DNA from: a virus
Lineage: Duplodnaviria > Caudoviricetes
Length of the DNA: 52,285 nucleotides
Virus record (IMG/VR): IMGVR_UViG_3300009149_000045
Location: 1 to 52,285 of that record
Strand: one strand, 5' to 3'
This document shows positions 49,472-52,285 of the stretch, one piece after another; within the stretch, counting starts at the first letter, position 1, and every line of letters starts with the position of its first letter. The position numbers were made by a program, and so were the translations under genes. The notes under the pieces were generated by a model. That model did not search any database and was not told where the DNA came from. It was given only the letters and a program-made list of their open reading frames with translations.

Positions 49472-49939
49472 ATGAAGGAAATAAAAGAACAGAATCAACG
49501 ATTGACGAAGACTAAGTTTAACAACCTGATGGACATGCTTAAAGGAAAGATTGGCACAGAAGAAATTGATAAGATTCTAAAATCAGCAGAATTGGATATT
49601 GCAGCAAAGACTATGAGAACTGGTGGTGGTATAAACGCAGTAGGTAAAATCGGACCAGTGTATTGTCCACAGGATACTTTTGATCAGATGGATTATGCTA
49701 CTGCATATCATGAATTGATGAAAGAACCATTGAGTAAAAATGAGATTTTCAGGAGAATGATTTTAGAATACTATAAAAAGTGTAGAGCTGATGCAAAAGC
49801 AAACAAAATAAACAAAAAGATCGAAAAGCGTGCCTTAGTTATTGCTGAAGAACGAGAAGAAGAAAAGGAAAGAAAGCGTATCGAAAAATTGGAAAAGTCA
49901 GAGATAAAATTTACTAAAAAACCGAAAATCGAGGATTAA
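49472..49939 (+). CDS. Hypothetical protein (possible RHH-like segment, charged C-terminus)
   Basis: AAGGAG RBS; LSKNEIFRRMILEY. Confidence 0.6.
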   Translation: MKEIKEQNQRLTKTKFNNLMDMLKGKIGTEEIDKILKSAELDIAAKTMRTGGGINAVGKIGPVYCPQDTFDQMDYATAYHELMKEPLSKNEIFRRMILEYYKKCRADAKANKINKKIEKRALVIAEEREEEKERKRIEKLEKSEIKFTKKPKIED

Positions 49940-50037
49940 CCAATAGATAAAAACAGGAGAATTGCCTATGGTAAAATAACTTGTAACTTGCGAATTTATG
50001 TTTGTATATTCTTTATTTTTCTTACAAGGAGAACAAA

Positions 50038-50589
50038 ATGAGTGCGAAGAAAAAGAGCAAGGCTGACAAAGTTATCGCAAAGCAAGAAAAGGTTGTTGTG
50101 GAAAAAAGGGTTGTCACTGAAGAAGAGAAAAAAGTTGTTGCTGAAAAGGCTGAGAAGAAAAAGCGTCGTATTACTATGCGTAACCTCGCGGAGAGTTTCA
50201 AGTCAAAGCCAGCAGACATCAATGGGATAACAAATCCATTGATCGATCCTGAGCAGAAGAAGAGTAAGAGGGCATTGGCTGTTGCTGTTATACTCGAAGC
50301 TACTGCTATCGCGGAACGTAAGAATCTCAGTGAAGAAGTAAAGCATATCCTTTTTGTTGAGTCTATCGCTGCCAGTGGTATTCTCTACAAAGCCGAAGGA
50401 GAATATTCTAATGAACTGTCAGCTGCTAATGCTGAAGCTGATAGCTACGCAAGATGGGGACAGGAGGAGGCTCAGGGTGATAATTCGTATTATACGAATT
50501 ACAAGGATAACGTTGAATTTTGCCGAAAGTTTAGTAAGGCACTCACTTCAAAGATCTTTACTGAACTAAAGACTGCGGTAAACATCTAA
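50038..50589 (+). CDS. Lys-rich N-terminus hypothetical protein
   Basis: AAGGAG RBS, ATG 50038. Confidence 0.65.
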   Translation: MSAKKKSKADKVIAKQEKVVVEKRVVTEEEKKVVAEKAEKKKRRITMRNLAESFKSKPADINGITNPLIDPEQKKSKRALAVAVILEATAIAERKNLSEEVKHILFVESIAASGILYKAEGEYSNELSAANAEADSYARWGQEEAQGDNSYYTNYKDNVEFCRKFSKALTSKIFTELKTAVNI

Positions 50590-50600
50590 CCTTTATGTGA

Positions 50601-50636
50601 ATGTGGATGGAATATTATATAATATTCCATCCACAT
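50601..50636. repeat. Perfect 36-bp palindrome
   Basis: ATGTGGATGGAATATTAT|ATAATATTCCATCCACAT. Confidence 0.95.
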
Positions 50637-50647
50637 GAGGTTTTAAT

Positions 50648-50827
50648 ATGAGTATATATATAACCATAAGAGAAAGAGAAACAAGATTTCTTATCAATCC
50701 TAAATTAAAATATACCTGGAATTATACCCACTTAAGAGGAACATGTATAAGTAGAAAGTGGTATACTTCAATAGCACTAGCAAAAGCTGACGCTATTCTT
50801 TCTATTCAAAGGAACAATCACGAATGA
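50648..50827 (+). CDS. Hypothetical protein (59 aa; not in ORF track)
   Basis: GAGG RBS; open frame MSIYITIRERE...QRNNHE. Confidence 0.5.
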   Translation: MSIYITIRERETRFLINPKLKYTWNYTHLRGTCISRKWYTSIALAKADAILSIQRNNHE

Positions 50828-50836
50828 GGAATTAAA

Positions 50837-51007
50837 ATGAATAAACAAGGAAGACCAAAGGGTAGAGCTCACACGGTAAGAAATTTTAGGTTATCAGAAC
50901 GTTTAAGTAAGAAGCTTGATAAAAAACTTGCCAAGACTGATGAAATATTCAGTGTATATATGCGAAGATTGATTATAAGGGATTTAAAACTAAATATTAA
51001 GAAATAA
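50837..51007 (+). CDS. Ribbon-helix-helix transcriptional regulator (56 aa; not in ORF track)
   Basis: MNKQGRPKGRAHTVRNFRLSERLSKKLDKKLAKTDEIFSVYMRRLIIRDL; GAGGA RBS. Confidence 0.7.
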   Translation: MNKQGRPKGRAHTVRNFRLSERLSKKLDKKLAKTDEIFSVYMRRLIIRDLKLNIKK

Positions 51008-51070
51008 TAACATATATTGCGAATAATGTTCAATACGTTATTTAACATGTAAAGCTTAAAGGATTTACTA

Positions 51071-51370
51071 ATGAATAAAAGTATTATACGATTTTATGCA
51101 ATCGGTATAGGTAATAATGAATACATAATTAGTATGACACTTTTCGATGAAGAAAATCAAGAAGAATGTGCTTATGAATTAAGAAGTTATCCAATGTTTA
51201 TATCTAGCAAGGAAAAGGTAAAGAGTGTCTTACTTTCATTTATAGAAACTTTAGTTTCTATAGAAAATGGTAAAATCGAATTATACATAACTGATCTAGG
51301 CTCACCAAAGAACGATTGTTTAGATAAAAATGAGATTTCTAAATATATTAAAAAATGTCAGCGTAATTAA
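51071..51370 (+). CDS. Hypothetical protein
   Basis: AAGGA RBS. Confidence 0.55.
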   Translation: MNKSIIRFYAIGIGNNEYIISMTLFDEENQEECAYELRSYPMFISSKEKVKSVLLSFIETLVSIENGKIELYITDLGSPKNDCLDKNEISKYIKKCQRN

Positions 51371-51528
51371 TCCTAGAAAAAATTAAAGGTTAGTGCTTAA
51401 AATGGTATGCGGTTAATAAAACTGTAGTCTAGGATTAAATTAAATACGTTCTTATAAAAAGTTACATACTATAATAGCTTGGCAGTTAAGATAGTCCATA
51501 AACTTAATCGCACTTTGTTATTTTTGAT

Positions 51529-51556
51529 TTGCGTAACATGTTCCTTATTGTAGTAT
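51529..51556 (+). promoter_or_regulatory. Sigma70-like early promoter
   Basis: TTGCGT-N16-TAGTAT; shares TGTAGTATRTAGTTGTA with 49418-49434. Confidence 0.6.
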
Positions 51557-51595
51557 GTAGTTGTAATATTTAAACTATTTAATAAGGAGAAAAAA

Positions 51596-51748
51596 ATGTT
51601 ATTGACAAGCAGAAAAGCCAGAATTAAAGACAGCTTGGTCGAATTTGTACAGAAAAAGATGTTTTGTGGAAATTTTGTTACTACAATCCGGCATGGATTA
51701 AAAGAAATTGAAAAGGACACTGATCTTACATTAAAAGTGAGGAAATAA
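51596..51748 (+). CDS. Hypothetical protein (50 aa; not in ORF track)
   Basis: TAAGGAG RBS. Confidence 0.55.
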   Translation: MLLTSRKARIKDSLVEFVQKKMFCGNFVTTIRHGLKEIEKDTDLTLKVRK

Positions 51749-51751
51749 AAT

Positions 51752-51904
51752 ATGAAAATGTATGGTCTAGTAAATATAAGAAAAAATGGTAAAAGGTATG
51801 GAATGTTTCCTTTACACGCTGATAAAACGAGTGCTGAAAAAAGAGCTGAAGAAAAACGTTTAAAAGGTTTGACTATTGAGGTAAAAGAAATTGACGTAAA
51901 TTAA
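51752..51904 (+). CDS. Hypothetical protein (50 aa; not in ORF track)
   Basis: GAGGA RBS. Confidence 0.5.
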   Translation: MKMYGLVNIRKNGKRYGMFPLHADKTSAEKRAEEKRLKGLTIEVKEIDVN

Positions 51905-51926
51905 TCTTTTTATATAGGAGAACAAA

Positions 51927-52217
51927 GTGGACGAATACACGAAAGATGCTTTTCTATATGTCATGAAAAATACCGCGTTGGCTACGTTAGCGGCTGTTGA
52001 TAATTTTTTAACGATAAAATTTTTATTGTTCGCGTTATTCATATGGTTTATAGGAATGACAATTAGCTTTGGGCTAACTGCACTGGAAACAGAAAAATAT
52101 AAAATGATTAAAAAAGATTTGAAAATAATGTATATTTCTATTTTTATACTGAAAAATATATTCATATGGCCGTGGGTTATTGGATATAAAATTGGAAAGT
52201 TTATTGATAAATTCTAA
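51927..52217 (+). CDS. Membrane protein
   Basis: AGGAG RBS, GTG start; two hydrophobic segments. Confidence 0.6.
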   Translation: MDEYTKDAFLYVMKNTALATLAAVDNFLTIKFLLFALFIWFIGMTISFGLTALETEKYKMIKKDLKIMYISIFILKNIFIWPWVIGYKIGKFIDKF

Positions 52218-52225
52218 GGAAAATA

Positions 52226-52285
52226 ATGGCTAAAGCAATTATTACTAGAAAAATAAGATTTATGCCATGTAATCCAAACAGTAGA
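52226..52285 (+). CDS. Hypothetical protein (3'-truncated by window)
   Basis: AAGGA RBS, ATG 52226. Confidence 0.4.
   Translation, partial: MAKAIITRKIRFMPCNPNSR

Noticed and set aside
48300-51600. tRNA genes in the intergenic gaps
   Set aside because: No cloverleaf with a GTTCRA T-loop was found by eye; tRNAscan-SE would settle it

Overview
An AT-rich, densely coding segment of a large tailed dsDNA bacteriophage. It uses the standard genetic code with Shine-Dalgarno-led genes, almost all on the + strand. 1-12.6 kb is the end of the tail module: probable tape-measure C-terminus, distal-tail/hub-like proteins, LamG, Fn3 and Asp-box proteins, and an embedded CgeB-type + Maf-type glycosyltransferase fusion. 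12.6-29.7 kb is a replication/recombination module: SNF2 helicase, DnaB, HU, DnaE, UvsY-like, SSB-like, RecA, a split SbcC around SbcD, a resolvase, an HNH protein and a sigma-like factor. 29.7-47.7 kb holds modification and nucleotide/sugar metabolism genes plus a 5'-3' exonuclease, primase and NAD+ ligase. 47.7-52.3 kb holds small early-type genes. The strongest candidate for a new system is a DNA-hypermodification pathway. Its parts are a dUMP-hydroxymethylase-type thymidylate synthase homolog, a T4 beta-glucosyltransferase-like enzyme coupled to a SPASM/twitch radical SAM and a B12-dependent radical SAM enzyme, and RmlC/RmlD/epimerase genes. A second, catalytically dead thymidylate synthase paralog lies between dnaB and the HU/dnaE genes. 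All family calls come from motif recognition by eye, and reference motifs are quoted from memory; no database search was run. No tRNA, rRNA, CRISPR array, integrase, intein or reverse transcriptase was recognised.
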